Of a stretch of 64,000 nt of DNA, positions 1-9,838 are shown one piece after another. How positions within the stretch are numbered: the first letter of the stretch is position 1; every line of letters starts with the position of its first letter. The notes under the pieces are model-generated. The model was not told where the DNA came from. It saw nothing but the letters and a program-made list of their open reading frames with translations, and did no database searches. The DNA is from Bacillota bacterium. GTDB taxonomy: Bacteria > Bacillota > Dehalobacteriia > UBA4068 > UBA4997. The translations under genes were made by a program, and so were the position numbers. The stretch lies in assembly GCA_036677375.1 (NCBI GenBank), contig JAVBWO010000012.1, positions 420,677 through 484,676 of the forward strand, given 5' to 3'.

Positions 1-409
1 AACGAGTGATTTCCTGCTCCTGCAAAGCGGCGGCCATGACCATGGCGCCCCGCACTGGTCTGAGTTTCCCTTCCAAAGATAACTCGCCGGAAAAAGCAGT
101 CTCTCCCAGCTCCGCTGTTTTTAACACCTGACCTGTGGCCAGCAGGATGCCTAAAGCAATGGGCAGATCGAAACCGGGACCCTCTTTTTTCAAATCGGCC
201 GGCGCCAGGTTTACCGTTATACGCCTTAGAGGAAATTCATAACCGGAATTTTTGATGGCGGTACGGACTCTTTCCTTGCTTTCTTTCACAGAGGCGTCAG
301 GCAGGCCTACGATGTCAAAGGCCGGCAGCCCCTGGCTCACGTCCACCTCTACTTGGATCAGATGCCCCTGAAGCCCCAAAATAGAACACCCGTTGACTGT
401 TGCCAGCAT
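1..409 (-). CDS. comM: YifB/ComM family Mg-chelatase-like AAA+ ATPase, N-terminal part (runs off window)
   Basis: Manual translation from ATG at 409: MLATVNGCSILGLQGHLIQVEVDVSQGLPAFDIVGLPDASVKESKERVRTAIKNSGYEFPLRRITVNLAPADLKKEGPGFDLPIA, the typical YifB N-terminus. Not in the ORF track because it is truncated. Confidence 0.92.
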   Translation of the reverse strand, partial: MLATVNGCSILGLQGHLIQVEVDVSQGLPAFDIVGLPDASVKESKERVRTAIKNSGYEFPLRRITVNLAPADLKKEGPGFDLPIALGILLATGQVLKTAELGETAFSGELSLEGKLRPVRGAMVMAAALQEQEITR

Positions 410-697
410 GGTTTCACTTCTTTTCTTTCGGGAATATGTCGGTAATTTTGCTTCTATTATAATATATGATTTATATTTCTTCGTTACAATTTTACCTTTC
501 CCTGCACACAATGTAAATATCCTTCTTGTGGTAAGCATAAATTATCAGGAAAAACTGAGAATTTTTAACCAAAATATTTTTTCTTTCTTGCTGTGAAATA
601 TTTTCTTTATCCTTCCCGCCCCCTTTTTCCGGTATATAATACCAGTATACAATAAAAGATAGGAAACACGGTTTTCGTGTCTCCTATCTTGATACCG

Positions 698-1660
698 TTA
701 TTCCGCGGACGGCTTCTTTTCGGTGAGATATTGTTCCAGACCCAGCCAAGCAACACCTGTGGCATTGTCTTTAGCATAGGACGGTGGCGTAAAAGAAAGG
801 GCGGCGGCTTTTGCCATGCGGTGTCTGAGCCGTTCTGTAAGAAAGCGGCTCCCCGCCACGCCTCCCACCAGCAAAATATCGGTGAGACCGGTGCAAGTCA
901 TTGCTTGCCGCAAAGATTTTTCCAAAGTATTGGCAATGGCAGTCAGAACGCTTTGCGCAACGGCTCCCGGCGATGCTCCCGCGGCCACCAGTCGTTGCGC
1001 GGCACTTTCCGGCCCGGAAAAGGAAAAATCCATGCCGCGAACCCAGCTTTTCAGGGCAGGCCTTTCTCCCGCATAAGCCAAAGCCAGCTCATCCAAAGCC
1101 GCGCCGGCGGGAAAAGCCAGCTGCAAGGCAACACCCACCCGGTCGATGAATTGGCCGGCCGCCAGATCGGTAGAGCCACCCAACCGGTTAACATCAAAAC
1201 CGCCCGGCTTTTTGGTTACCTCTAAAATCTCTGAGGTACCGCCGGAAAGATGCACCGCTAAAAAGCGTTCCTTTTCCGGCATGGCCGCCGTTTTAACGCC
1301 CGCCATGAGATGCCCCTCCTGATGGCTTACACAGTAAAAGGGCACATCCCAGGCAGCAGCCAAAATCCTGCCCCAATGTTCCCCCGCCCAAAAGACGGGC
1401 ATGTAAGAATCCGCCTGGGGCCGGGGACGGCTGCTGGCGCACACCCCTTTGATATCCCGGCTGCCGCCGGCCTGCCCAAGAAGCTCCTGAAACAAAGGCG
1501 CCCCAGCCTGGATATGCTGAAAGAGGGCGGCCGATTGGGCTAAGCCCCGGCCACCCTCTTTTACTTTTAATAATTTTTCCGTCTTAGCTACCAGATGGCC
1601 CTTTTCGTCCACCAAAGCCCATGAGGTAGTATAACAGCTTGTATCAATTCCCAGGATCAT
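698..1660 (-). CDS. TsaD/Kae1-like protein (ASKHA fold; paralogue found next to nusB in Clostridia)
   Basis: N-terminal LGIDTSCYTTS, SHQEGH metal motif, LSGGTSE, GQFIDRVG, C-terminal DNATGVA. Confidence 0.85.
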   Translation of the reverse strand: MILGIDTSCYTTSWALVDEKGHLVAKTEKLLKVKEGGRGLAQSAALFQHIQAGAPLFQELLGQAGGSRDIKGVCASSRPRPQADSYMPVFWAGEHWGRILAAAWDVPFYCVSHQEGHLMAGVKTAAMPEKERFLAVHLSGGTSEILEVTKKPGGFDVNRLGGSTDLAAGQFIDRVGVALQLAFPAGAALDELALAYAGERPALKSWVRGMDFSFSGPESAAQRLVAAGASPGAVAQSVLTAIANTLEKSLRQAMTCTGLTDILLVGGVAGSRFLTERLRHRMAKAAALSFTPPSYAKDNATGVAWLGLEQYLTEKKPSAE

Positions 1661-2063
1661 CTTGTTTTCTCTCCTGCTTATAGATGCTGTCTAAAATCCC
1701 GTTGATAAAGGCCGGCGATTCGGCGCCGCCAAAGGCTTTTGCCAGCTCCACCCCTTCATTGATGACAATGGTTCCGGGAATCTCCGGCGTAAAACAAAGC
1801 TCGAAAGTAGCCAGCCGCAGGATGCTGCGATCCACATTGGCCAGACGGCAAATATCCCATTGCCGACTGAAGCGGCCAATTTTTTCGTCGATTTCCGAAA
1901 AACGGTTTTGCGTTCCTTCCACCAAAGCCAACGCAAATGCGGTATCCTCCTCATTGAGGCCGGAATCGGCCAAGGTGTTTTTCGCCACTTCAATATCGTT
2001 TTGCCCCACATCCATCTGAAATAGCATCTGGAGGGCGACTTCTCTAGCGATATGCCTGCTCAA
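1644..2063 (-). CDS. nusB: Transcription antitermination factor NusB
   Basis: SRHIAREVALQMLFQ ... DRSILRLA ... INEGVELAKAFG ... FINGILD. Confidence 0.96.
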   Translation of the reverse strand: MSRHIAREVALQMLFQMDVGQNDIEVAKNTLADSGLNEEDTAFALALVEGTQNRFSEIDEKIGRFSRQWDICRLANVDRSILRLATFELCFTPEIPGTIVINEGVELAKAFGGAESPAFINGILDSIYKQERKQDDPGN

Positions 2064-2075
2064 AAGGGCTGCCTC

Positions 2076-2300
2076 CTACTTGTTGTTGTTTACTAGATTG
2101 CCAATGGCCTCTTTAAAATTGAACTTCTGGTCAGCCTTCTTGCCGATCTGGTACCCTAAAACCACGCAAATGGTAATAAAGACCGCTTTCCAAAAGCCGA
2201 AGGCAACTACGGCAAGACCAAAGAGCAGTCCGAAAAAGACGCCCAGGACTTTGCCGCGGTGGTTATGCCACAATTCCAGCCATATTGCACCCCAATCCAT
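2076..2300 (-). CDS. DUF2273 small membrane protein
   Basis: HRGKVLGVFFGLLFGL...GFWKAVFI; usual position between amaP and nusB. Confidence 0.88.
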   Translation of the reverse strand: MDWGAIWLELWHNHRGKVLGVFFGLLFGLAVVAFGFWKAVFITICVVLGYQIGKKADQKFNFKEAIGNLVNNNK

Positions 2301-2311
2301 AAAGAACCCTC

Positions 2312-2854
2312 CTAACCCACCTTAGCTTGGCTTACTTCCGTCACCAAAACCTGAATATCGGCGACTTTTAATCCTGCCAGGTTTTCCAAATAGTGACGCA
2401 CCGTATTATGAAGATTGGAAATGGTTTCAGGAATGTTCACATCTTCAATGACAGGGGTCTTAATATTGACAATGATCCCGTTCTCGGAATTTCTGATATC
2501 GGTCTTTGGTTCACCCACACCCGGAACAGATAGAGCCGCTCTTTTGATGACGCTTTCGATGGCGTTGACCGACATCTGAACATTACTGCCTTCCGCAGTG
2601 GTTACCACAGCTTGTGTTCTTTGACGATCTTTTTCGGGACGCAAGGCGCTGCCGACGATGATGACCAGGCCGACAAAGATCAGCACCACACCGCACAAAA
2701 GCATCGCCCAGCCATAGGAAGCGGGGCCGTTTAAGATCCGCGTAAATACGGATAATACCGCTTGGCGCTGCAAGCCGGCCACAATCAAGCCGACGCCGAA
2801 TGCCATCACGGCCAAAGACAAAAGGAACATCAACAGACGGTCTACTATTTTCAA
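2312..2854 (-). CDS. amaP: Alkaline shock response membrane anchor AmaP
   Basis: Two N-terminal TM helices plus an Asp23-like domain; TTG start at 2854 after a GGGGAGG RBS; adjacent to asp23. Confidence 0.85.
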   Translation of the reverse strand: MKIVDRLLMFLLSLAVMAFGVGLIVAGLQRQAVLSVFTRILNGPASYGWAMLLCGVVLIFVGLVIIVGSALRPEKDRQRTQAVVTTAEGSNVQMSVNAIESVIKRAALSVPGVGEPKTDIRNSENGIIVNIKTPVIEDVNIPETISNLHNTVRHYLENLAGLKVADIQVLVTEVSQAKVG

Positions 2855-2936
2855 CTGAAAGCACCTCCCCATGTTTAGGCTTGTCCTATGGGCAAGCCAT
2901 AGGAACCGCGCCGATCTCCGGCGCTGGCCGCCGGAA

Positions 2937-3326
2937 TTATTCGGCGGCAGGCTGCTCTTCTTCTGCTTGGGGGAAGATAACGCCTTGTACGTTGACATTA
3001 ATCGTGTTAACCGCCAGGCCCGTCATATTCTCTACCGCTTTTTTGACGTTTTCCTGAATCTCAACGGCCACGGTGGGGATATTGGCGCCATATTCCACGA
3101 CGATAGAAATGTCGATGGTGCAGGAGTTTTCCCCAACTTCAACTTTGACGCCCTTGGTTAATTGCTTGCGGCCCAATTTCTCGGCAATACCGCCGACAAT
3201 CCCGCCGCTCATGCCGCCGACACCATCCACATCACTGGCAGCCAATGCGGCAATGGTAGCAACCACATCGGAAGCGATCTTAACACTGTTAGAAGTTTCA
3301 ATGGTATATTCTACTTGATTTTCCAT
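2937..3326 (-). CDS. Asp23/Gls24 family protein (YqhY-like)
   Basis: VKIASDVVATIAALAA...KGVKVEV...YGANIPTVA..IQENVKKAVENMTGL. Confidence 0.93.
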   Translation of the reverse strand: MENQVEYTIETSNSVKIASDVVATIAALAASDVDGVGGMSGGIVGGIAEKLGRKQLTKGVKVEVGENSCTIDISIVVEYGANIPTVAVEIQENVKKAVENMTGLAVNTINVNVQGVIFPQAEEEQPAAE

Positions 3327-3682
3327 AAATCAAACACCTCCTCTAAATGGTTAGTCTTATTATAGCAAAATCAAAGGAAAATAACAATAAAGATACTATG
3401 ATTATTTCTTGAGCGGCACTTTTGGGCTAACCATAAAATACCGGCGCCTTTCCATCATGTGTTTTTTAACAAACGGTTTTGTTTTGTTTCAGTAAAATTC
3501 CCCAGGCGGCGCCGCAGACATTGATTTCTTCTCAAAACACGGAATGATTCCCTTTCGGCCAATCATCAAACCAGCAATACATTTTACCAAGCTTTCTCAT
3601 ATCATAAGAAGCGGCACCTTGCCAACGCTGCCGTAAGACGCCGGGAAATTGCACTTCTTGACCATATGCGCATAAGATAACA

Positions 3683-3717
3683 ACCGGCCTCTTTCCCATT
3701 TTAAGAATAGGCCGGCT
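3683..3717 (-). terminator. Probable intrinsic terminator after spoIIIAH
   Basis: ccggcct...aggccgg inverted repeat followed by a T-rich stretch on the minus strand. Confidence 0.45.
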
Positions 3718-3783
3718 GTCTTTAGCCTCAATGCGCCCGTGATGCGAATCGCAGGATCTCAGCCAAACACTGATTGGTTTGAC

Positions 3784-4416
3784 TTATACTTTCTCCAGCA
3801 TGATCACCACATTTTCAAAAGGCACTTGAGTATAGCTGGTCACCAAACGCGCCACTTGCTCAGCGTCGCCTTCGGGCAGGACGGCTTCCGCAACCCCCAG
3901 CACCACTGTGGCTTTGTTGTCCTGGAGAAAGACTACTGCTTCACCACCGTACTTGGCGGACAAAATGTTTTCTAAAAGAAGCTCCGCTTCCATGATAGAA
4001 GTGATGGCGACGATCTTCTTCTGAGCGGTATCCCGCATGACACTGCTGCTTTTTTCGTTATTCACGATGCCTTCCAGCATTTCCAGCTGCTGTCCCCGAA
4101 CTTTGGAACGTTCCAGGCGATAGGAGTCAAAAAATTCATCCGCATTTGCCGCGTCTTCTTTGGAGATCTCCACCTGAGGATTGTTGGAAATAACATCCAC
4201 ATTGGCTTCTGCCGCCGCCTGCGCCAGTTCCCCCGCCGCCATTTCCGTATTCTCTCCGTTTACCGGCGTGCTGTCTTCCATCAGGCGGGGCACACCAAAG
4301 CTGAACACAAAGACCAGCACCAATACCGCCAGGAACAGCAAGGCTTTTTCTTGTTTTTTATCTTGAAATTGCCATTTTTTTACCGTTTTGGAGATCGTTT
4401 TTTTTCCGTCCGGCAT
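3784..4416 (-). CDS. spoIIIAH: Stage III sporulation protein AH
   Basis: N-terminal TM; FFDSYRLERSKVRGQQLEML motif; last gene of the spoIIIA operon. Confidence 0.9.
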   Translation of the reverse strand: MPDGKKTISKTVKKWQFQDKKQEKALLFLAVLVLVFVFSFGVPRLMEDSTPVNGENTEMAAGELAQAAAEANVDVISNNPQVEISKEDAANADEFFDSYRLERSKVRGQQLEMLEGIVNNEKSSSVMRDTAQKKIVAITSIMEAELLLENILSAKYGGEAVVFLQDNKATVVLGVAEAVLPEGDAEQVARLVTSYTQVPFENVVIMLEKV

Positions 4417-4422
4417 CTCTGT

Positions 4423-5040
4423 TTACCTCCCTTTGGCGGCCGTCACGATGATACGGTGCGGCGAAATGCCCAATAATCCCTGCACCGCTTCGGTCAAAGC
4501 CGTTTTTATTTTTATATTATCCGCACCCTCCGCCACCACCAAAATGCCCTGGATCACGGGAGTATCTTCCCCGATGAGTACCGGCGCGTTGCCGCTGCCT
4601 GCCACTGCCAGCTTCCGGCTCTCGGTGGTTTCAGTGATAACACGGAGTGTACCGTCCGTACCCTTTTCTTCTTCCGTTTTAGAGACAGTATCGCCGTTAA
4701 CGGCATATTCTCCCTGCGCGGAACCGGCATAAGTCAAGGTCACCGTTACCTGACCCACGCCCGCCATTTTGCTCAAAGCCGCGGCAATCTTGCCTTCCAA
4801 GTCTTCTTCTCCCAAAGAGGCATTAGAAGCGGCAGAGGAAGGGGTGGCGGTACCTGTGGCGGCGTTCCCCGCCGGCGCCAGACCCCCTTGCCAGGAAGAT
4901 GCCAAAAACATTAAAAAAATACCGGCCACAAGCAGGATGCCTAGCTTAATCAGCATCTTTTTCTGAGCCAGGGTTATTTTCAAACCCTCTCGTTTCTCTT
5001 TTTTATCCGATTGCGTCAAGGGCTCCTCAGCCATTTTCAT
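4423..5040 (-). CDS. spoIIIAG: Stage III sporulation protein AG
   Basis: LSKMAGVGQVTVTLT ... PVIQGILVVAEGA ... LGISPHRI. Confidence 0.9.
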   Translation of the reverse strand: MKMAEEPLTQSDKKEKREGLKITLAQKKMLIKLGILLVAGIFLMFLASSWQGGLAPAGNAATGTATPSSAASNASLGEEDLEGKIAAALSKMAGVGQVTVTLTYAGSAQGEYAVNGDTVSKTEEEKGTDGTLRVITETTESRKLAVAGSGNAPVLIGEDTPVIQGILVVAEGADNIKIKTALTEAVQGLLGISPHRIIVTAAKGR

Positions 5041-5551
5041 CATCCTTTCCGGCAATGATTATAAGATTCAGCTGCTCCTGCTTTAAAGTATAAAAGTTAA
5101 TCAGAAGCTCGCTGATCTTCTCCTTCAGTACCTCTTGATCCACTTTGGCGCCACAGGAAACGGTAAGAGTCACCCGGGATAGACTGCCGTCTTCTTCCAG
5201 CTCCGTTTGGGCGGTCACATCTTCTGCTCCCGGGGCCAGACCCGCCAAGGCTGCGATCTGCCCGCCTAATGTTTCCTGATATTCCCCAATGGCATCTTGA
5301 GAAAGCTTTTCTTTTAAATCCTCGCCCGCCTGCAAAATACCTGTGCTGCTTTTCGTTTCCGACGATGTGACGGCAGGCAGGATTTTCTCTTTGGTAAAAG
5401 CATTTAAAATCGGGCTCAGGATCGCCAGAAGCAAAAGCAGACCCGTTACCACCCTGGCAAAGCGCTGCAACTCCCCTCTGGGCAGCATCATCTCAAAAAA
5501 TACCGTCATTAACGCCATGATGGCGATATTGCGCACAATCTCTGAAATCAC
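5027..5551 (-). CDS. spoIIIAF: Stage III sporulation protein AF
   Basis: FFEMMLPRGELQRFARVVTGLLLLLAILSP; operon position. Confidence 0.9.
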   Translation of the reverse strand: MISEIVRNIAIMALMTVFFEMMLPRGELQRFARVVTGLLLLLAILSPILNAFTKEKILPAVTSSETKSSTGILQAGEDLKEKLSQDAIGEYQETLGGQIAALAGLAPGAEDVTAQTELEEDGSLSRVTLTVSCGAKVDQEVLKEKISELLINFYTLKQEQLNLIIIAGKDDENG

Positions 5552-5564
5552 CCCATGGCTGCAC

Positions 5565-6749
5565 CTACCTTATCATCATACTTATATTCCCCATCCCTAC
5601 AATAATGCTTAAAACAAAGAAGAATAAAAGACCGCTGGCTGCCACCACACCGAAAAGAGCCATTAAGGACCCACCCAGGCCGTTTAGAGCATTGGACAGC
5701 TCTCCATCGCCCAAAGGCTCCACAAAAGCGGCGGCCAGACGGTAAATCAGCGCCATTACCAGAACCTTGACGGCAGGCAGGGCACAGATTAAAAAAATTG
5801 CGATGACGCCAAAAATACCGATGGAATTTTTTAAGATCAAGGCGGTGCTTAGCACGGTATCCAGGGCATCCGCCAGTGATTTTCCCACCACCGGGATAAA
5901 AATTCCGCTGGCCGCCTTAGCCGCCTTCACGGTCAGGCCGTCCATCACGCTGCCTGCCATTCCAGTCAGCCCCATGGCCGCCGTAAATAGAGTCAGCATC
6001 AAAGTCATGATACCCAAGGCTACATCCCGGCAAAGTTTTGAGAGCTTGTTCACATTAAAGCGGGGCGAAATATAGCTGACAATGCCCAAAATGGCGCTGA
6101 AATATACCAAAGGCAGCACCACCACCTGAATGATATTCACCGCCGCCCCCACCAAAAAAAGCAAAATGGGCTGAAAGATATTGATGGAGATAACGCCTCC
6201 CATGGCGGCCAGGATGGTCAAAAGCAGAGGAGTCAAAGAATAAAGGAAGCCGCTCATGGACTCCACCGCTTCTTTGGCGGAGCCACCCGCCAAAGTGAAG
6301 GATTGCAGCGCAATGCCAAGCAAGGCAAGGTAAACCACACCGTGGCTTAAAGTGGAGACCGCCTCCGATGCCATAGCCCCCCTGAGATTAGTCAAGATCA
6401 GGCAGGCCGCCGCTAAAACCGCCAACTGCGCCAAAATTTTGCCATTGGCAAGGACTTCACTCCAGAATAGACGTAAGAGCGCCCTGCCCATTTCGGCGGG
6501 CTTTAAGGAGACCTCGCCATCCTTGGCCTGCTGCCACAATTCCTTTAAGCTGGTAGCGCCCAGGATCTCCTTGGTATTGCCGTCCATATCCTCAATATAT
6601 TGTTCCACCGCGCTGAAATCCAGGTTTCCGGCAACGGAAGACGGCTCGGCGCCGTTCTCTGTTGCCGCCAAAGCCGGGACAGCGCCGGGAAAAACTTCGT
6701 AAAAAAGGAATAAGAAAAGCAAAACGGCCACAGCCGCGGTTTTCCGCAT
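5565..6749 (-). CDS. spoIIIAE: Stage III sporulation protein AE
   Basis: Polytopic membrane protein with FIPVVGKSLADA and ILKNSIG motifs; ATG at 6749 after GGAGG. Confidence 0.92.
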   Translation of the reverse strand: MRKTAAVAVLLFLFLFYEVFPGAVPALAATENGAEPSSVAGNLDFSAVEQYIEDMDGNTKEILGATSLKELWQQAKDGEVSLKPAEMGRALLRLFWSEVLANGKILAQLAVLAAACLILTNLRGAMASEAVSTLSHGVVYLALLGIALQSFTLAGGSAKEAVESMSGFLYSLTPLLLTILAAMGGVISINIFQPILLFLVGAAVNIIQVVVLPLVYFSAILGIVSYISPRFNVNKLSKLCRDVALGIMTLMLTLFTAAMGLTGMAGSVMDGLTVKAAKAASGIFIPVVGKSLADALDTVLSTALILKNSIGIFGVIAIFLICALPAVKVLVMALIYRLAAAFVEPLGDGELSNALNGLGGSLMALFGVVAASGLLFFFVLSIIVGMGNISMMIR

Positions 6750-7105
6750 CCCATTCCCTCCTAATATTCGGTAAATTTCCCAAACGGCAGCAACTAGTTT
6801 TACGGCATAGAATCCGGACGAACTTACCGGTTTTGCTTTCTTCGCCGTGGATATTATCGGAAGCAGTCCGCCCATTTTCTATCAAATAAAATTTTTCGAT
6901 GAGACTATTTTGTAAGACACGCCTTGCTAAAAACGAGTGCCCGTTTTCCTTATCTCCTATTTTTTGCCCAAAGCGCGCTATTAACTGAATTCCCATAGCG
7001 ATTTCTTTTTTCCATCAGGCAAAACCATGTCTCAGCTATCAGAACCATTTCTCAGTAAGAAAAAAATTGCTTTCTCTTGGCCGCTTTCTGTTTTCATCCC
7101 AAGTG

Positions 7106-7498
7106 CTAAGGCAATAACCGCAGCACAGCATCTAGGATCTCTGCCATAATCGGAATAGCCAGCATCATAATGACCACCTTGGCGGCCAGCTCCACCTTGG
7201 TGGCCAAGGCGCCTTGTCCGGCATCCCGGCAGATTTGACCGCCAAATTCCGCTATGTAGGTAATAGCGATGATTTTTAAAATGGTGCTGAGATACATGCT
7301 GTTCAGATTGACCCTGTTCGCCAATTGGCTAAAAACTTCCACCGCCTGTACCAGCTTGGGAATGAGCACGATCAGAATGATGATCCCGGCCACTAAGGTA
7401 ATAACCACTGCCAGGGCGGGCATTTTGCTTTCCCGTAAAAATACTACAAGAATGGCGGTAATGATGGCTAAGGCCAATATCGGTAAAAACTGTTCCAC
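7106..7498 (-). CDS. spoIIIAD: Stage III sporulation protein AD
   Basis: YLSTILKIIAITYIAEFGGQICRDAGQGALATKVELAAK; GTG start after GGAGG (the longer ORF in the track is an upstream extension). Confidence 0.93.
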   Translation of the reverse strand: MEQFLPILALAIITAILVVFLRESKMPALAVVITLVAGIIILIVLIPKLVQAVEVFSQLANRVNLNSMYLSTILKIIAITYIAEFGGQICRDAGQGALATKVELAAKVVIMMLAIPIMAEILDAVLRLLP

Positions 7499-7581
7499 CC
7501 TCCGCCCTCCTCCTTTTTTGTTCTTTTTCTTTCCGGCCTGACGGTTCCCGGGCCGGGAAGAGAGGCGATTACAGTTTCCTC

Positions 7582-7782
7582 TTAGTAGAGATTGAATACC
7601 GACTGCACTTGGGTAAATAAAGTATTGATTACCGGCAGCACCTTGATGAGCGCCACTGCCAATCCTACCACCAAAGTCAGATAAGCATATTCCTCCCGGC
7701 CCGCCTGCTTCAAGAATGTATATAGGATGGTGACCGCAATGGCCAGCCCCGTTAAAAAGAAAATGATCGATACATCGCTCAT
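7582..7782 (-). CDS. spoIIIAC: Stage III sporulation protein AC
   Basis: LKQAGREEYAYL..VVGL; 66 aa; operon position. Confidence 0.92.
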   Translation of the reverse strand: MSDVSIIFFLTGLAIAVTILYTFLKQAGREEYAYLTLVVGLAVALIKVLPVINTLFTQVQSVFNLY

Positions 7783-8208
7783 GCCAAGCCCTCCCTCCCA
7801 CTAGGTCTTTCCGCTCCGCCTGCCCTCTCCCTGTTATGTCCATCCCTGCAAAATTTTTGCCTTTATCCTCACATCCGCTCTCCGCGGTATTGACAACGAT
7901 CCGCCACCATCTGCAACCCTTTTGACCCCTTGCGCCTTCTCTTGGCAAGCGCTTCCGCGCCGCCCGTTCTTTATTGATAAGCCTAATTTCATTGCGGCTT
8001 TTTTATTCTGAGACTCTCTTGTTTACCGCCTCATTCTTTGTTTGTCGGACTTGCCGGTTGATCATCCCTCTTGTGCTTGTCAACCTGTTTACACCGGAAA
8101 GGTCCCTGCCCTTTTGCACCTCCCCATGCGACCGATTATCCAATCATCAGGATAACCAATCTTTTTATGTTTCCAATTTTTTATTGCCTTTCCAACGTCT
8201 TAGAATCC

Positions 8209-8742
8209 TTAAAGCCACATCAGAAATAAAACCAATCCCGTGCTGATTCCCAGGCCGCGCCATATCCTACCTTGACTATGGGCAGTCTGCGCGGCCTCTT
8301 TTTGCCTCTCCTCCAGTTGTTCCGCTGCCAGATGCAGCCGGCGCAACTGATCCTCCCGATGGGACAGGCCCAGTCCCTGCCCAAAGCGCCGCAATATGTC
8401 GGCATCGCCGCCGTTCATAGACAATCGGGCCAGGCAGCTCTCCAGCGCTTTGCTCCAAGCCTCCGCTGCGGTCAGGCCTTTTTCCGCGGTCAGGCAAAGG
8501 GCGGCTTTGGCAAAGACCAGCCCCACTTCGCCGTCCAGCCTTTGGCTCACCTGTGTCAGGGCGAGGGGTAAAGGAGTGGCCCCGTAATCGATCTCCGTAG
8601 CCAGAAGCTGCAGTCCGTGACAGGCTGCGCTTAAGGTTGCCGCCCGTGCCGCCAGAGCCTTGGCTACCAGATTGCCCAAAGCGCCGCAGGCCAGAATGAT
8701 AATGAACCCCCCCAGCAATTTTACGAGCACGCTTCCCGCCAT
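8209..8742 (-). CDS. spoIIIAB: Stage III sporulation protein AB
   Basis: LQLLATEIDYGATPLPLAL ... FGQGLGLSHREDQ. Confidence 0.9.
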   Translation of the reverse strand: MAGSVLVKLLGGFIIILACGALGNLVAKALAARAATLSAACHGLQLLATEIDYGATPLPLALTQVSQRLDGEVGLVFAKAALCLTAEKGLTAAEAWSKALESCLARLSMNGGDADILRRFGQGLGLSHREDQLRRLHLAAEQLEERQKEAAQTAHSQGRIWRGLGISTGLVLFLMWL

Positions 8743-9695
8743 AGCTCCCTGCCCTCCCCGTCATAAACCGCTTCCAAGGTTCCAGGACCCCGGCGGCGGC
8801 TTAAAAAAATCACTCGCTGAAAGAATTTATTTTTTAAAAGATAGCCTGTACAAGGCCGCTCCAATAGCTCCCGGCGATCTTGCCCATGGGCGGTGGTAAT
8901 GACCTTGATCCCGGCATGCAGAGCCTCTTCCAACGCCTGGCTGTCTTCCGTCCTGCCGATTTCATCCGCCACCAGAACCTGCGGCGCCATAGAGCGAATG
9001 AGAAGCATCATGCCTTCCGCTTTGGGACAGCGGTCCAGGACATCGGTACGGCTGCCGATAGGAAGCTGCGGTACCCCTTCCACACAGCCGGCGATCTCCG
9101 AACGCTCGTCCGCTACCGCTACATTCATAGGCGGCAATCCGGCCAAACCATCCGCCAGTTGCCGCACCATATCCCGGAGCACCGTGGTTTTTCCCGCCCG
9201 GGGCGGCGATGCCAGAAGGGTATGGCAAAGCTTTCCATCCTCCACGATATAAGGTAAAAATTTCGCCGCCGCTCCCGGCACCGCCCGGGCCAGGCGCAGA
9301 TTGATGCTGGAAATATTTTTCATGGTGCGGATATGGCCGTTTTCCAAGACTCCCTGGCCCGCCAGACCCGCCCGGTGGCCTCCCGGCAAGGTGATATAGC
9401 CCCGGCGCAGCTCCTCTTCCATGGCGTAAAAGGAACTGCCGCTCAATAAAAGCACCATTTTTTGCAGCATATCATCACCGGCCAACACTCCTTTGGCCGG
9501 GTCTGTGGTAAGCCTGCCCCCCCGGCACAAAAAGGCGTCTCCCGTACCCCGGCAAAGCAGCACAGGCTGTCCTTTGCGTAAGCGCAATTCTTCCAAAAAA
9601 TCAAGCTCTCCCGGAGGTAGCTGATTTAAAATTGTCAAAAGCTCCGGTAAAAGATAATCCTCAAGTTCCGGCGGCAGCCCCTTGATTGTCACCAT
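8721..9695 (-). CDS. spoIIIAA: Stage III sporulation protein AA (ATPase)
   Basis: LEELRLR, GYITLPGGHRAG, Walker A SPPRAGKTT, DERSEIA, DEIG; ATG at 9695 after GGAGG. Confidence 0.95.
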   Translation of the reverse strand: MVTIKGLPPELEDYLLPELLTILNQLPPGELDFLEELRLRKGQPVLLCRGTGDAFLCRGGRLTTDPAKGVLAGDDMLQKMVLLLSGSSFYAMEEELRRGYITLPGGHRAGLAGQGVLENGHIRTMKNISSINLRLARAVPGAAAKFLPYIVEDGKLCHTLLASPPRAGKTTVLRDMVRQLADGLAGLPPMNVAVADERSEIAGCVEGVPQLPIGSRTDVLDRCPKAEGMMLLIRSMAPQVLVADEIGRTEDSQALEEALHAGIKVITTAHGQDRRELLERPCTGYLLKNKFFQRVIFLSRRRGPGTLEAVYDGEGRELWREACS

Positions 9696-9715
9696 TGACC
9701 CCTCCTTTTCTTCTA

Positions 9716-9744
9716 TGGATATGAAAAAGAGGGACAAATTATGC
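9716..9744 (-). promoter_or_regulatory. Putative sigma-E promoter of spoIIIA
   Basis: Minus strand gcATA-N16-CATATCCA resembles the SigE consensus; spoIIIA is SigE-dependent in model spore formers. Confidence 0.6.
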
Positions 9745-9774
9745 TCCCAATGCTTTCGTAGAAACAATAATAAA

Positions 9775-9808
9775 AAAACACCCTGTTACAACTGTAACAG
9801 GGTGTTTG
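9775..9808 (-). terminator. Intrinsic terminator after efp-CD1247
   Basis: aaacaccctgttaca-ac-tgtaacagggtgttt perfect inverted repeat with a U-tract on the minus strand. Confidence 0.85.
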
Positions 9809-9838
9809 ACCGTCTTTTCCATTTGATCAAGAAAAGTC

